The position numbers were made by a program, and so were the translations under genes. Shown piece after piece: positions 1 to 9,713 of a DNA stretch of 64,000 nt. The notes under the pieces are model-generated. The model was not told where the DNA came from, searched no databases, and saw only the letters and a program-made list of their open reading frames with translations. This stretch comes from an uncultured virus (IMG/VR IMGVR_UViG_3300037488_003510) (taxonomy: Duplodnaviria > Heunggongvirae > Uroviricota > Caudoviricetes). Within the stretch, counting starts at the first letter, position 1; every line of letters starts with the position of its first letter. The stretch lies in the IMG/VR virus record IMGVR_UViG_3300037488_003510; one strand, given 5' to 3'.

Positions 1-1
1 C

Positions 2-727
2 GACACCTCTGTTATAGGCGATGTGATGTTGGCTTACGATCCGATGTGCAATTTAGCGTGTCCGAGCTGCCGGAAATTCCCCAAAGGACACGATGGTACC
101 ACGAGGAACATACACACCATCGTTTTGAGTTCAGGTCTTCTAGGACGAACCAAGAGAATCACTCTTTCTGGCGCAGGCGATCCGTTTGCCTCTAAGTTGT
201 TCTTGTCGCTAATGAAAAATCTTCCCAGTACGAACCACCTTCCGGAACTGAAGATCGGACTTCAAACTAACGGTCTTCTGATGACTCCTGAAATGTGGGA
301 CAGCTTAGGCGATGCTGCCAAGATGATAGACCTCGCTTCCATTTCAGTCGATGCTGCTACCGAGTCAACATATCGACTAAATCGAGGTGGTGACTGGAGC
401 AAGTTGCTTGCCAACCTGAAATGGATTGCCGAAAGCGAAATTCAATGCAACTTGAATTTCGTGATCCAAGAGAACAACATGGAAGAAATGGAAGCCTTTG
501 TGGAACTAGCACGAAAATACAAGGTATCCATTGTCTACTTTTCCACTTTGGAGAACTGGGGATCGTACACGGAAGAAGAATTCGCTCGAAGAGCCGTGCA
601 GCGACCATCACATCTAAAACACCAGAGGTGCTTGGAGATACTGAGGAGACCTCTGTTTCAAAGCTCCACAGAACCAAAAATCTTCATTGCTGGCGATTTA
701 GGCAGAATGGCAAAGGCCACGTCATGA
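2..727 (+). CDS. Radical SAM protein (5'-truncated by window edge); paralog of 3171..4187
   Basis: CxxxCxxC motif CNLACPSC, plus GAGDPF, QTNG and SVDAA. The frame is open from base 2. It aligns by eye with the C-terminal part of 3171..4187 (LENWGSYTEEEF vs LRNWGTYTEEDY). Confidence 0.88.
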   Translation, partial: DTSVIGDVMLAYDPMCNLACPSCRKFPKGHDGTTRNIHTIVLSSGLLGRTKRITLSGAGDPFASKLFLSLMKNLPSTNHLPELKIGLQTNGLLMTPEMWDSLGDAAKMIDLASISVDAATESTYRLNRGGDWSKLLANLKWIAESEIQCNLNFVIQENNMEEMEAFVELARKYKVSIVYFSTLENWGSYTEEEFARRAVQRPSHLKHQRCLEILRRPLFQSSTEPKIFIAGDLGRMAKATS

Positions 728-1575
728 TCATTGCGATACAATACTACGAAGGTGATCGTGAGCGCTCTTTCTCGTTGGCCCGGTTACTAGCCGACCTAGA
801 AACGGACTATCGATCAGATGTCTTGCTAGCACTTGTGGCACAACATGGAACACCAGCTTCATACTCCACCGACATGACTCTTTGCTATTGCGCGAAGAAG
901 TTTCCGGTGGCCCATTTCATATCAGATCGTTCTGGTAGTGGATATCCTTACGTGTGTGGCTTGATGTGGCTAGCAACTATGGAACACTTCTCATGTCTTC
1001 ATGACCATGGGCTTGTGCCCCACGATGCGATCTTCACCGTGGACGGAGGTGACGGAGTTCCTCTTCATTACGATTGGATTAACATGCTGAAAGCCGAACA
1101 TGAAGTCACGCTTGCTTCCGGAAAAAGCATCACAGGAACTCCCTACAGCCTAGGCGGTTGCCCATTGCACATTAACCCGAACATGGCGATGGAGCTGAAA
1201 ACATGGAAAGAAGTCCCCCTTCTGCATGAAATACCGAATCCCAGTATGAATTGTTTGAGTGGCACCAATCTCCTCTTGCACTATGACATCTATCACCGCC
1301 GCGAGACAGTCAAGAGGACAAACTTGTCCTCGGTGGTTCGAACTGATTGGCAGGGTGGAGGTAGATATGTCACACCAAAGCTCATGCGAGTATTGGCCGG
1401 GCATTCAATCTGGCTACACGGATACAAGGATGAAAGCCTGTACGAGGTTGCCAGAGAGCATCTCTTTTCAGGCGAGAAAATTCCATTGTCTTTGTTTCGG
1501 TTTGACTTGACCGAACTGCGACTGATGGAGTTTCACAGATCGCAAGCTCATTCAAGGAGGAACAATGAGGTGTGA
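724..1575 (+). CDS. Hypothetical protein, possibly GT-A-fold sugar-modifying enzyme
   Basis: ATGA overlap with the upstream stop puts the start at 724 (MIIAIQYYEGD). An acidic motif FTVDGGDG follows a beta strand, and WLHGYK lies near the C-terminus. Function is inferred only from operon context. Confidence 0.5.
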   Translation: MIIAIQYYEGDRERSFSLARLLADLETDYRSDVLLALVAQHGTPASYSTDMTLCYCAKKFPVAHFISDRSGSGYPYVCGLMWLATMEHFSCLHDHGLVPHDAIFTVDGGDGVPLHYDWINMLKAEHEVTLASGKSITGTPYSLGGCPLHINPNMAMELKTWKEVPLLHEIPNPSMNCLSGTNLLLHYDIYHRRETVKRTNLSSVVRTDWQGGGRYVTPKLMRVLAGHSIWLHGYKDESLYEVAREHLFSGEKIPLSLFRFDLTELRLMEFHRSQAHSRRNNEV

Positions 1576-2605
1576 TAAGTATTGCATAGGCAAGAACGGG
1601 GTAGCATCAACGTGGGAAAATCCTGAGAAGAGGGTTGAGTTCTCTTCGTCCTTTTCTGCTCCCCATTACTGCTCAAGGTTCGACTCTCCTAGACACCTGC
1701 TAGATTTCTACTTCCGATCTCAGCCTCCGGCTTATTGGAATTCTCCCAATAAGCATCACGGATTAGCCGTTCAGACAGCGCCGAGGCCCAGCGGATCGCT
1801 CTTGGACAACATGCTCACCAATTTGCACTCAGCTGGGATTGGCAACTGGCAGGGAATCAAGTTGCTGGTGAGCGACGGTTTCTCGCTATATGACTTCACG
1901 GATACGGGCGATCTGGAGCCCATGACAGCTTTCAATAACTGGTTTCATTTCCTTTCGCCCGAGCCTTCTGTTGGCTCCTCAGCCACCTTTATCCGATTGT
2001 TGAAATCAGCTCTGCTGTGTGATCCTGAACTTGAGCAACTGACTGTTCTGCAAGACGATGTAGAACTATGCCAAAATGCACTAGATTACATAGGACGAGT
2101 AGTTATTCCCGTAAGCGCTTTGGGAGCTAGTTTCATCACTTGGTTTACATGCCCATATGACTATCACTGGGAAAAGATACCAGTTCAAACTCCTCATCCG
2201 TCTGAGTTGGGATACCCAGTATTGGCCTTTCGACCGTCGCGGTACTTCATACTAGCTCCCGCTTGCACCTATACGAGAGAGACGATAGATCGCCTGCTCT
2301 ACTGTCCTCACTTGCAGCAGAGCTGGCCAAAGCGTCACAACTGCGACGAGATGATTTCCTGGGCACTTGGAGATTCTCTGTATGCGACTCATTTTCCCAA
2401 CATAGCCCAGCATCGAGGAGGAAAGAATTCGGCAATTCTGTACGATATGGCTAAGAGATCTCATCTTGGCGAGGTAGACACCCGGCTATCCCTGGAAAAA
2501 CTGGAAGAAGATCCTCAACACGGTTCGTGGGAGTCTCCTTACTATGTCGGGCGTTCGTTTGATGCCTTGTCTCTCATACCAAACCTCACACCGAAAGTTC
2601 CATGA
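1565..2605 (+). CDS. Putative glycosyltransferase (GT-A fold)
   Basis: LTVLQDDVELC DxD-like motif, LLVSDG, and late FPNIAQHRG motif typical of GT-A/GT25-like enzymes. Overlaps both neighbours. Confidence 0.6.
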   Translation: MRCDKYCIGKNGVASTWENPEKRVEFSSSFSAPHYCSRFDSPRHLLDFYFRSQPPAYWNSPNKHHGLAVQTAPRPSGSLLDNMLTNLHSAGIGNWQGIKLLVSDGFSLYDFTDTGDLEPMTAFNNWFHFLSPEPSVGSSATFIRLLKSALLCDPELEQLTVLQDDVELCQNALDYIGRVVIPVSALGASFITWFTCPYDYHWEKIPVQTPHPSELGYPVLAFRPSRYFILAPACTYTRETIDRLLYCPHLQQSWPKRHNCDEMISWALGDSLYATHFPNIAQHRGGKNSAILYDMAKRSHLGEVDTRLSLEKLEEDPQHGSWESPYYVGRSFDALSLIPNLTPKVP

Positions 2606-3174
2606 CTGACACCCGAATCTACTCACATCCAGACTGGCGAGGACAAATTGAAGAACTGTGGCCGGCTCATGTGTTTACTCTCTTGAAACTAGAGAAAAAT
2701 CCCCCCTTGAACTGGCTTGAGATAGGCTCCTTCGAGGGCAGATCGGCCTTATGGACACTTGATGCAATTCTCCGCAAGAATCCAGTGTCTAGAATCACTT
2801 GCGTTGATCCGTGGAGGCCATGGGGTGCCACTGACTACGAGAAGAACTTTGACCACAACATCAAAGACGAGACTCAGGTCATCAAGTGTAAGGGGGAGTC
2901 CAGGGAAGCGCTGCCATGTTTGCTTAGTTGTTACTACGATGGCATCTATGTAGATGGTTCGCACATCACCAAAGACGTTATCTTCGATGCGGAGCAGTCT
3001 ATTCGCCTACTGAAACCGAACGGAGTGTTGATTTTTGACGACTACGATTGGGCTCCGGGAGGCGTCAAGCAGGCCGTGCAATCGTTTTGGACAGAACATC
3101 GAGGACAACTGCGTATAGTTTTCATGGGATACCAGGCCATCTTTCAGAAGGTAGACAAGGAGATTCACACATGA
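2602..3174 (+). CDS. Class I SAM-dependent methyltransferase (Methyltransf_24-like)
   Basis: LEIGSFEGRS, CVDPW, IYVDGSH and LKPNGVLIFDDY motifs. Confidence 0.9.
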   Translation: MTDTRIYSHPDWRGQIEELWPAHVFTLLKLEKNPPLNWLEIGSFEGRSALWTLDAILRKNPVSRITCVDPWRPWGATDYEKNFDHNIKDETQVIKCKGESREALPCLLSCYYDGIYVDGSHITKDVIFDAEQSIRLLKPNGVLIFDDYDWAPGGVKQAVQSFWTEHRGQLRIVFMGYQAIFQKVDKEIHT

Positions 3175-4187
3175 CCATGTTTTGCAGGCACCCGTTCACC
3201 CGGATGGAGATCAAAGCCGACGGTAGTGTGTATTGCTGTTGCGAAGGATGGCTGCCCACTCCCATCGGCAACATTCTGAATGACAAGCTGCTTTCCATAT
3301 GGAATGGGAAGACGGCTCAAGCTATTCGGAAGTCCGTACTTGATGGTAGTTTCAGGTTTTGCCTGCACTGTCCATATCTTCCAGGTCCAGGAGGCCCAGT
3401 AGGGCCGTTGCAAGACCAGCCTATGGGCGCCATGGACAAGATAGGGGTACTCAAGCTCGACTATGACCAGACATGCAATCTGACTTGTCCGAGCTGTCGC
3501 ACTGTCCATTCCAGAGAGTTCGTCAACCTCTCCAAGGTCCACAAAATCCATGAAGTAATGCTAGAAAGCAACATTTTAGACAGCTGCGAGAAGGTCTACG
3601 TCACAGGAGAAGGCGATCCGATTGCCTCGCCTCTTTACTGGGACTTCCTCAAGAACCTAGACAATCTGACGACGAACAAAGACTTGAAGGTCTTTTTGCA
3701 CACCAACGGAATACTTCTGGATGAAGAGCACTGGATGCAACTTGGAAATGTGGCTGACAGAGTGGTCGAGATTGGTATCTCCGTGGATGCTGCTTGCGAG
3801 TCGACGTACAAGACCAATCGAGGAGCCTCATGGAAGCGACTCTGGAGGAACATCGAGTTCATCAATGGTCTTCAAGCAGCAGGCAAACCAATCATGCTGG
3901 GAATGTTTTTCACGGTGCAAGACAACAATTTCCGCGAGATGGTGGACTTTGCCAAGATGGCTTTTGACCATCGGACGACCTGGCTGAGCTACACGGCGCT
4001 GCGGAACTGGGGTACCTACACCGAAGAAGATTACAAGCAACGAGCGGTCCACATCCCTGGGCATCCTCACCATGAGGAGTTCAAAGCAGTGCTTGGTGAT
4101 CCAGCCTTGAGGCGACCTGGAATCATCATGGATTCCTTCAACCCTGCTAATGCCAAGCAATACGTCACCATTCGAAACAAGGACTAA
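3171..4187 (+). CDS. Radical SAM protein with N-terminal SPASM/Twitch-like Fe-S domain
   Basis: N-terminal CRHPF..DGSVYCCC..IGNI..IWNG..CLHCP followed by CNLTCPSC. ATGA overlap at 3171. Confidence 0.9.
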   Translation: MTMFCRHPFTRMEIKADGSVYCCCEGWLPTPIGNILNDKLLSIWNGKTAQAIRKSVLDGSFRFCLHCPYLPGPGGPVGPLQDQPMGAMDKIGVLKLDYDQTCNLTCPSCRTVHSREFVNLSKVHKIHEVMLESNILDSCEKVYVTGEGDPIASPLYWDFLKNLDNLTTNKDLKVFLHTNGILLDEEHWMQLGNVADRVVEIGISVDAACESTYKTNRGASWKRLWRNIEFINGLQAAGKPIMLGMFFTVQDNNFREMVDFAKMAFDHRTTWLSYTALRNWGTYTEEDYKQRAVHIPGHPHHEEFKAVLGDPALRRPGIIMDSFNPANAKQYVTIRNKD

Positions 4188-4189
4188 CC

Positions 4190-4912
4190 ATGCTCATCCC
4201 CAAGATTTTCCACTACATATGGCTAGGCGATAAGCCCATGCATCCTCTGATGGTTCAATGGCAGAAGAGGTGGGCTGCTTTGCATCCGGGTTGGGAGACT
4301 AAAATCTGGAGGCAGAGATCGGATGGTCCACAGGATGTCATTGGCTGCGGAGATGAAAGAATTCACTGTCGGCACCCGGACTTCTTGAACAAATGCCCGA
4401 CGTGGGCCAAGCGTTCGGATGTCTGGCGCTATGACATCCTCGAATGGCAAGGAGGAGTCTACCTAGACACGGACTACGAGCCTATCAAGAACATCGAGCC
4501 TCTAATTGAGAACGATACAGCGTTCGCTGGTCGCTGTCGCACTCGTTGTGATTGGACCTTGGACGACATGGAAGGCAAGGTCATCATCGAGGTCGGGTGT
4601 TCCTTGGTAGGTGCCACACCTCATCACCCATGGATGCGAGACCTCGTGGAGGGGATACCGAACCAAAGTCCCACTGAGCAGCTCAGTCTTGCCTTCCCTT
4701 ACATTACCGAGAGCGTCAAGAGGCACCCAGAAGTTCATCTCTTCGAACCGGATGTCTTCTATCCCGTGTCTTGGGACGACTATGCTTTGCACGGAAACAG
4801 AGCGCTCTACAAGGAGGAGTTGTCCGAGAAGACGTATGCCGTGCATCGGTGGTCAAGCAATTGGTTTGCCAATGGTCTCAAACAGCTTCCCGAAACGGTG
4901 AAGAGTGAATAA
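4190..4912 (+). CDS. Glycosyltransferase family 32 (OCH1/mannosyltransferase-like)
   Basis: IPKIFHYIWLG, RSDVWRY and GGVYLDTD (DxD) motifs, plus AVHRW. Confidence 0.92.
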   Translation: MLIPKIFHYIWLGDKPMHPLMVQWQKRWAALHPGWETKIWRQRSDGPQDVIGCGDERIHCRHPDFLNKCPTWAKRSDVWRYDILEWQGGVYLDTDYEPIKNIEPLIENDTAFAGRCRTRCDWTLDDMEGKVIIEVGCSLVGATPHHPWMRDLVEGIPNQSPTEQLSLAFPYITESVKRHPEVHLFEPDVFYPVSWDDYALHGNRALYKEELSEKTYAVHRWSSNWFANGLKQLPETVKSE

Positions 4913-5348
4913 GCTCAAGAAAATAGCAATTGTCATAGCGATTGTTGTGGCGATCTGCTCGGGAACAAATCGAGCTGTTGGCTGCCCCCAGCTCGCTATT
5001 TGCTCTGATTCATGGCATCTGACCATTCAGCCAGCCGCAGCAGTTGGGTGGCAGATCAACTTGAAAACCTTTGACTTGCTTCGAGTGACAAATCTAATCG
5101 GAGTTTCCCTAGTATGGGACGCTAGAATTCCTTTAGGAATTGGAGCATATTGTGGCTTAGGAGCCTCTCTTGGAGACTCCCCATCGGCCCCTCAGTGCGA
5201 TCTGCTGTTTTCTGTTGCTAATTTCGGCGCAATAAGCTTTGGCTTTCAGCGCTTAGCATCATCTGACTATCAGGCATTGCTTGGTATCGCTTTCAATTTG
5301 AACGTGGCGTCCACGACTACCGCGCTGCTAGCACGACCATACGATTGA
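4905..5348 (+). CDS. Hypothetical exported/membrane protein
   Basis: Signal-peptide-like N-terminus (MNKLKKIAIVIAIVVAIC) and a beta-rich body. Last gene of the + operon. Confidence 0.55.
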   Translation: MNKLKKIAIVIAIVVAICSGTNRAVGCPQLAICSDSWHLTIQPAAAVGWQINLKTFDLLRVTNLIGVSLVWDARIPLGIGAYCGLGASLGDSPSAPQCDLLFSVANFGAISFGFQRLASSDYQALLGIAFNLNVASTTTALLARPYD

Positions 5349-5376
5349 GGTCGTGGTAGCGTCCTTTTTGTTCGTT

Positions 5377-5646
5377 TCAACATTCACCAAAATAGTCTCC
5401 TTCGAGCCATGCGGGAACGAAGGCCACCTCTTCCAGCTGGCATTTGTCTGGCTCGCGCGGTGCGGACCGATCTTCAGATCTGCGCATCCGAATGCGATAC
5501 CCGTCACGCTCAAAGTCATAATCGATCACGATGTCGTTTGCGGCTCGAACGTGCATCAGCCCGACGTGTATCTCGGTCGGTTCGTTTTCTGTGCGAGGTG
5601 CGGACAAGTCCACATTGGGGTACCAAAGATCGATGTGCTTCTCCAT
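5377..5646 (-). CDS. Hypothetical phage protein
   Basis: MEKHIDLWYP start coupled (TGATG) to the upstream ORF. Confidence 0.6.
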   Translation of the reverse strand: MEKHIDLWYPNVDLSAPRTENEPTEIHVGLMHVRAANDIVIDYDFERDGYRIRMRRSEDRSAPREPDKCQLEEVAFVPAWLEGDYFGEC

Positions 5647-5846
5647 CAGCTCACGTCCTTTCGCTCGTGCCGTTTGGCATGCACGCGGCAATACGACTTT
5701 CCTGCTCTCACGTTGAGGGTCCAGCCCGCAGCACGGGCCTTCCGAATAGCATCACCACGAGTCGTTCCGATAAACTCCCGGTGGCCATCAACGACGTGTA
5801 CCCCATTGCAGAAAACCCTCAAGGTGTACTCACCAACCCAACCCAT
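5646..5846 (-). CDS. Small Cys/His hypothetical phage protein
   Basis: C..ARAAGW..YCRVH pattern, coupled on both sides. Confidence 0.6.
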   Translation of the reverse strand: MGWVGEYTLRVFCNGVHVVDGHREFIGTTRGDAIRKARAAGWTLNVRAGKSYCRVHAKRHERKDVS

Positions 5847-6058
5847 CAGAGCACGTCCTTCGCCTTCACCAACCCCGCGTCCTGTGCTGGAACAGGCGAT
5901 GACATGTCCTCACAGAATCGCCAGTCCGGACATAATGGCGGCCCAAAGAACGTCTGCGAAGGGTATGTGTCGAACACTGGGCGGCCGGTTGTCACGTCTA
6001 GTTCGACTCTTCTCACCTGCGTTCGCACCCATATCCAGTCACCTTCCTTGGGCGTCAT
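5846..6058 (-). CDS. Hypothetical protein
   Basis: Coupled stop/start on both sides. Confidence 0.5.
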   Translation of the reverse strand: MTPKEGDWIWVRTQVRRVELDVTTGRPVFDTYPSQTFFGPPLCPDWRFCEDMSSPVPAQDAGLVKAKDVL

Positions 6059-6891
6059 TACGTTTCCCCTTCTCGTGATGCCTCGCCCTGTGCTGGAGCG
6101 GGAGGTTCATTTTGAATTTGCGCGTCGGAGATGATGCGTCCGTTCTCGCAACTCTCTGCACGAGCCGTCGCGACCTCGGTTTGAGAGTTCGCTGAGAATC
6201 GAGAAAAAGTGGAGACTGGTTCTCGCGCCAAAATTAGCAATTCCAATTGATCGCAAGTCAACCACAAGGACTCGATAATCTCTATGGCAGTGTCCAATGG
6301 GGAGCCTTCGGGAAGAGTCCTTTTTATTGTCGAACAAATGGCAGTTTTTGCTGTTAGCGAACGTCGTTGGCAGTAGTGTGCCTCCTCGAAGATCTTCATG
6401 ATGCGGGAGTTGTCATTTTCACAGGTTGCCCCAGGGCAAGTCTTTGGTCTCAGTGCTCCTTGTCTCATCTGTGTCTCGCCCCACTCCTTTTGAGTGTGAC
6501 CAAGAACACAGGTGCAACTACATCCAAGTCCCTTGTTGTCACCATGAAGTTTGTGCCATCCAAGACACCTCATGTGATTTAGAAAAAAAGCGAAGTCTGC
6601 TTCATTGAAGACATGATCATCAACAATCTTCCCAATAAGTTCGACAGCTTCTGATTTGTTCATTGAAACATCCTCCAGATTCTCGCTAGAAACGATGGTG
6701 GTTTCGGTTGCCTTTCCTGTAAGTCGTTGCACTTTGTCACGCAGGAAGGCCAACTCATCGACAATGTCTTGGGCAGGGTTCCACTCGGGTCGGAAAGCGG
6801 CATCCGAAAGAGCCCAGTTGCCTAGCCACCTCTCGGCCTCTGCCAGCTTTTCCGTCACCTTTCCCTTAGTCAGTATGTTCTCGGAACTCAT
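6058..6891 (-). CDS. Hypothetical protein (Cys-containing)
   Basis: Long ORF with likely start MSSEN after AGGAG. Confidence 0.55.
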   Translation of the reverse strand: MSSENILTKGKVTEKLAEAERWLGNWALSDAAFRPEWNPAQDIVDELAFLRDKVQRLTGKATETTIVSSENLEDVSMNKSEAVELIGKIVDDHVFNEADFAFFLNHMRCLGWHKLHGDNKGLGCSCTCVLGHTQKEWGETQMRQGALRPKTCPGATCENDNSRIMKIFEEAHYCQRRSLTAKTAICSTIKRTLPEGSPLDTAIEIIESLWLTCDQLELLILAREPVSTFSRFSANSQTEVATARAESCENGRIISDAQIQNEPPAPAQGEASREGET

Positions 6892-7342
6892 GGTTACTCC
6901 TCTTCCCCTTGCGACTCGCAATTACCGAGTACAACCAGACAGCGAAAAGTCCAGTTACACCTCCTGCCAACAGGGTGCCAATTACAGCCACTGATTGGCT
7001 AATCGATCCCTTCAAAGACGCCCAAACCATCACACTGACAACTAATGAGGCAAGAGGCACGTTAATGGCGCAAGCCAAAATAAGCTCCTTAAAAAAGCTC
7101 ATCTTCTTGCTGGCAACGGTTTGCCTGTAGTCCAACACCTTTTTCTCTAGTCGCCTAGTTAAAACTGCGATGTCCTTGTCGTCTTTTAGTGTGACGTATA
7201 GACCAATATGGGGGATAGAATACCGTATCGGAAATGTTCTTGGGTGCCACCCTTTTAGAACATCTATCGCCGATTGATACTCGGTCACAGTAAACCTGTT
7301 CACATCAAGAGTGTCTTCGCAAGGCGGAATAGACTTTTCCAT
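6866..7342 (-). CDS. Hypothetical membrane protein (2 C-terminal TM helices)
   Basis: Two hydrophobic stretches. Directly follows 7344..8609. Confidence 0.6.
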   Translation of the reverse strand: MEKSIPPCEDTLDVNRFTVTEYQSAIDVLKGWHPRTFPIRYSIPHIGLYVTLKDDKDIAVLTRRLEKKVLDYRQTVASKKMSFFKELILACAINVPLASLVVSVMVWASLKGSISQSVAVIGTLLAGGVTGLFAVWLYSVIASRKGKRSNHEFREHTD

Positions 7343-7343
7343 G

Positions 7344-8609
7344 TTATTCTTTCACTTTCGATAACAGTAACTCGTGAAGCTGTTCTAGAGCCGAATTCCC
7401 AGGGCTCACTTCCATTGACTCTTTGCACATGGCAAGTGCTTCCTTTGCTTTCCCCATCTTCTCCAATGCTGCGATGACTAGAATCTTCACATCTTGAGAA
7501 GACACCTTCGCGAGATCTAGATTGGTCGGGACTTCGCGATTTGCGATTCCCTCCTCGTAGGCTGCAATGCACTCGCCCCACTTCTGCTCACGGAATCGAG
7601 TGCGACACAGACGAAACGAAGACTTTGCTCCTGGGTACTCGTCCACAGCACTACTGTACGCGGACGACGCCTCGGCGTAGAGTTTCTTGCCCTCCATGAT
7701 TTCTCCTAGCGTAATCCAGGCTAGTGACCTTTCCTCGGGCCACAGGGAGCGCTCAAGATAGGCATCAATGGCCGCCAAGGCAAAATCAGGCATTGTGTCC
7801 TTCGCCTCCATGGCCAAATGCAGCAGTACCGGGGGCTTAACCCGCCAGTTGGCCTTCCGAGCATACGCGTACAAGGACTTGAAACTGTCGCCAGGGGCTC
7901 GCAGCCGCGCGCCAGGAGCGCCTTCGGTGCCGTAGACGATGAGACTACCCTCGACCCGGCATGCGCGGCGGGCGCCCGCCAGACTTTCTCGGGAAATGCC
8001 GGACCAAGAGAGATACGGCACATTGCGAGCCAGGCGAGGCGTGAAGGTGTCGACCACATGCCCAGGGGTGGGAGTGTAGAGGTGACGGGTGATGCCAACA
8101 TCAAATTCTCGCTCGCGTAAGGCGTGGCACACAGACGGGATCACTTCCGGATCTACAAGTCGCTCGTCTTCGTCAAGAGTCAGCTTCCAGTCGCAAGTTC
8201 CAAGCGACCAACAGAGGTTTCGAAGCGCGGAAAAGTCAGCTATGAATGGCTTGCCCGTGAACGGTCCCTCGTAGATCTCCCCGGCTAGAGGCGAGCCCAC
8301 GGAGTATGTATCGGGAACATCCAATAGAAAGAATTCAGGGTGCGCGGCCGGAGTCACATTCATTACGGGAGAAAGACATGTAGTTTTGCGACAAGTGTTT
8401 AGAATAGATTTGAGAGCACTGTCCGTGGAATCCACCATCACCACACAAATCTCATCGATGTGAAAATGAAGCAAGTCGACCAATTGAGCGATGTGTTCGC
8501 CTCCATTTCGAGCGAGGACATGAAGGGATACTGTGGGACGCTCGCCCCGCTTGAAGTCCTCGGGGCGCTTGAGGGTTACGTTCTGAAGGAATGGGTTGGT
8601 GATGGTCAT
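7344..8609 (-). CDS. Glycosyltransferase family 2 with C-terminal TPR repeats
   Basis: TVSLHVLARN, DFSALRN, DWKLTLDEDE and PRLARN motifs, then TPR-like helices. Paralog of 31379..32662. Confidence 0.85.
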   Translation of the reverse strand: MTITNPFLQNVTLKRPEDFKRGERPTVSLHVLARNGGEHIAQLVDLLHFHIDEICVVMVDSTDSALKSILNTCRKTTCLSPVMNVTPAAHPEFFLLDVPDTYSVGSPLAGEIYEGPFTGKPFIADFSALRNLCWSLGTCDWKLTLDEDERLVDPEVIPSVCHALREREFDVGITRHLYTPTPGHVVDTFTPRLARNVPYLSWSGISRESLAGARRACRVEGSLIVYGTEGAPGARLRAPGDSFKSLYAYARKANWRVKPPVLLHLAMEAKDTMPDFALAAIDAYLERSLWPEERSLAWITLGEIMEGKKLYAEASSAYSSAVDEYPGAKSSFRLCRTRFREQKWGECIAAYEEGIANREVPTNLDLAKVSSQDVKILVIAALEKMGKAKEALAMCKESMEVSPGNSALEQLHELLLSKVKE

Positions 8610-8624
8610 ATGTTCTAGATCCTT

Positions 8625-8813
8625 TCATCTATTGAATAGCTGATACAAAGCATCGACAAAAACAAGTCTCTTTGTCCACTGCGCTGCCCAGAGAAAGCTA
8701 CACCAGTAAAACAAGGCGCTTGCTTTGACGGAGCGGTGGAAGGTAGAAACCATGAAGGTGAGCAGACAGGTGATGAAAAGAAAGAACAGGTTAGTTGCCT
8801 TTGCTACGGTCAT
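8625..8813 (-). CDS. Small hydrophobic protein, copy 2
   Basis: Nearly identical over its first ~50 aa to 10733..10924. Confidence 0.5.
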   Translation of the reverse strand: MTVAKATNLFFLFITCLLTFMVSTFHRSVKASALFYWCSFLWAAQWTKRLVFVDALYQLFNR

Positions 8814-8815
8814 TT
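8661..8815. repeat. 155-bp direct repeat, copy A' (partner 10772..10926)
   Basis: Manual alignment is ungapped with about 7 mismatches. Confidence 0.95.
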
Positions 8816-8828
8816 GAATCAGATCCTT

Positions 8829-9713
8829 TCATCTGTTGCAGAGCCGACGTTTGGCGATGTCGAAGGAAACGACATCGTCTTCAAATCCTATGTAGTTTCT
8901 TCCCAATAAACGCGCGGCCTCAAGGGTTGAACCACTGCCACAGAAAGGGTCGAGAACAACCTGACCTGGCAGCGTAGTCAAGTCAATGAGGGACTGAAGA
9001 AGTCTCACGGGTTTTTGAGCTGAATGTAGACCAGCTTCACCTTTGGCAAATCTGGACTTCAGTATGTTATCTGGAGAAGTTTCGTATTCGAGAAAGGCAC
9101 TTTCATTTAACCCTCCTACGCCATGTACTAACATGTTATCGGCAATAGTTGTCCCAATCTGATACGGCTTTACAAACCACAAGATCGGTTCATAGAGAGG
9201 GCGAAGATTTCCGATCTTCCAACCTTCGTACTTACTGGAGTTTTCAGCATCTCCTCTACGACAAAACACTTTGCTTAGACGCTGTGCTCGATGGGGAGCC
9301 TTTTCTCGAATCCAGGCCAACGAATCCTTGAAGGTAAACCCAGCATTTTCAAAGGCAACCACGCAACGGGGTGACAATCGGCGTCCAGCAAATACCATGG
9401 CGGAACCCCCCGGTTTCAGTATGCGAAACCATTCACCCGCAAACGATTCACACCACTTTTGATACTCCCATGGTATAAGACGGTCAGCAACCGACCATCC
9501 ATTAAGAGGTTTTCCCCTGTGACGAAACACAGCTCCTGCCTGAATCTGAGCTGGACTGGCTCCCAAAAGAGCTGAATTTTTGTTAGCATGAAGAACATCC
9601 CATTTGTCAGCTCCGATTCCATATGGAATGTCACTTAGAATTAGGTGAATACTGTCAGCGACCAGATTGCGAACACCAATGATCCCATCAGTGTTGATGA
9701 GTGAATTGTCCAT
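8829..9713 (-). CDS. Orphan N6-adenine DNA methyltransferase, beta class, M.HindIII-like (predicted AAGCTT)
   Basis: SDIPYG (motif IV) and VLDPFCGSGST (motif I). Segments RGKPLNGWS, KAPHRAQR, NLRPLYEPILWF and HSAQKP match the M.HindIII family as I recall it. No adjacent endonuclease gene. Confidence 0.88.
   Translation of the reverse strand: MDNSLINTDGIIGVRNLVADSIHLILSDIPYGIGADKWDVLHANKNSALLGASPAQIQAGAVFRHRGKPLNGWSVADRLIPWEYQKWCESFAGEWFRILKPGGSAMVFAGRRLSPRCVVAFENAGFTFKDSLAWIREKAPHRAQRLSKVFCRRGDAENSSKYEGWKIGNLRPLYEPILWFVKPYQIGTTIADNMLVHGVGGLNESAFLEYETSPDNILKSRFAKGEAGLHSAQKPVRLLQSLIDLTTLPGQVVLDPFCGSGSTLEAARLLGRNYIGFEDDVVSFDIAKRRLCNR

Noticed and set aside
421..723. N-terminal extensions given in the ORF track (421, 3048, 18975, 23197, 41343, 59069)
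   Set aside because: They overlap upstream genes or promoters. Downstream starts with an RBS or ATGA coupling are more plausible.
5353..6134. Two 241-aa plus-strand ORFs, and other long antisense ORFs such as 47449..48671 and 55659..56192
   Set aside because: They are shadows of coupled, phage-like minus-strand genes in GC-rich or repetitive sequence and have no recognisable motifs.
8829..9713. Complete type II restriction-modification system
   Set aside because: No endonuclease-like ORF is adjacent. The neighbours are a radical SAM gene and a small membrane ORF.
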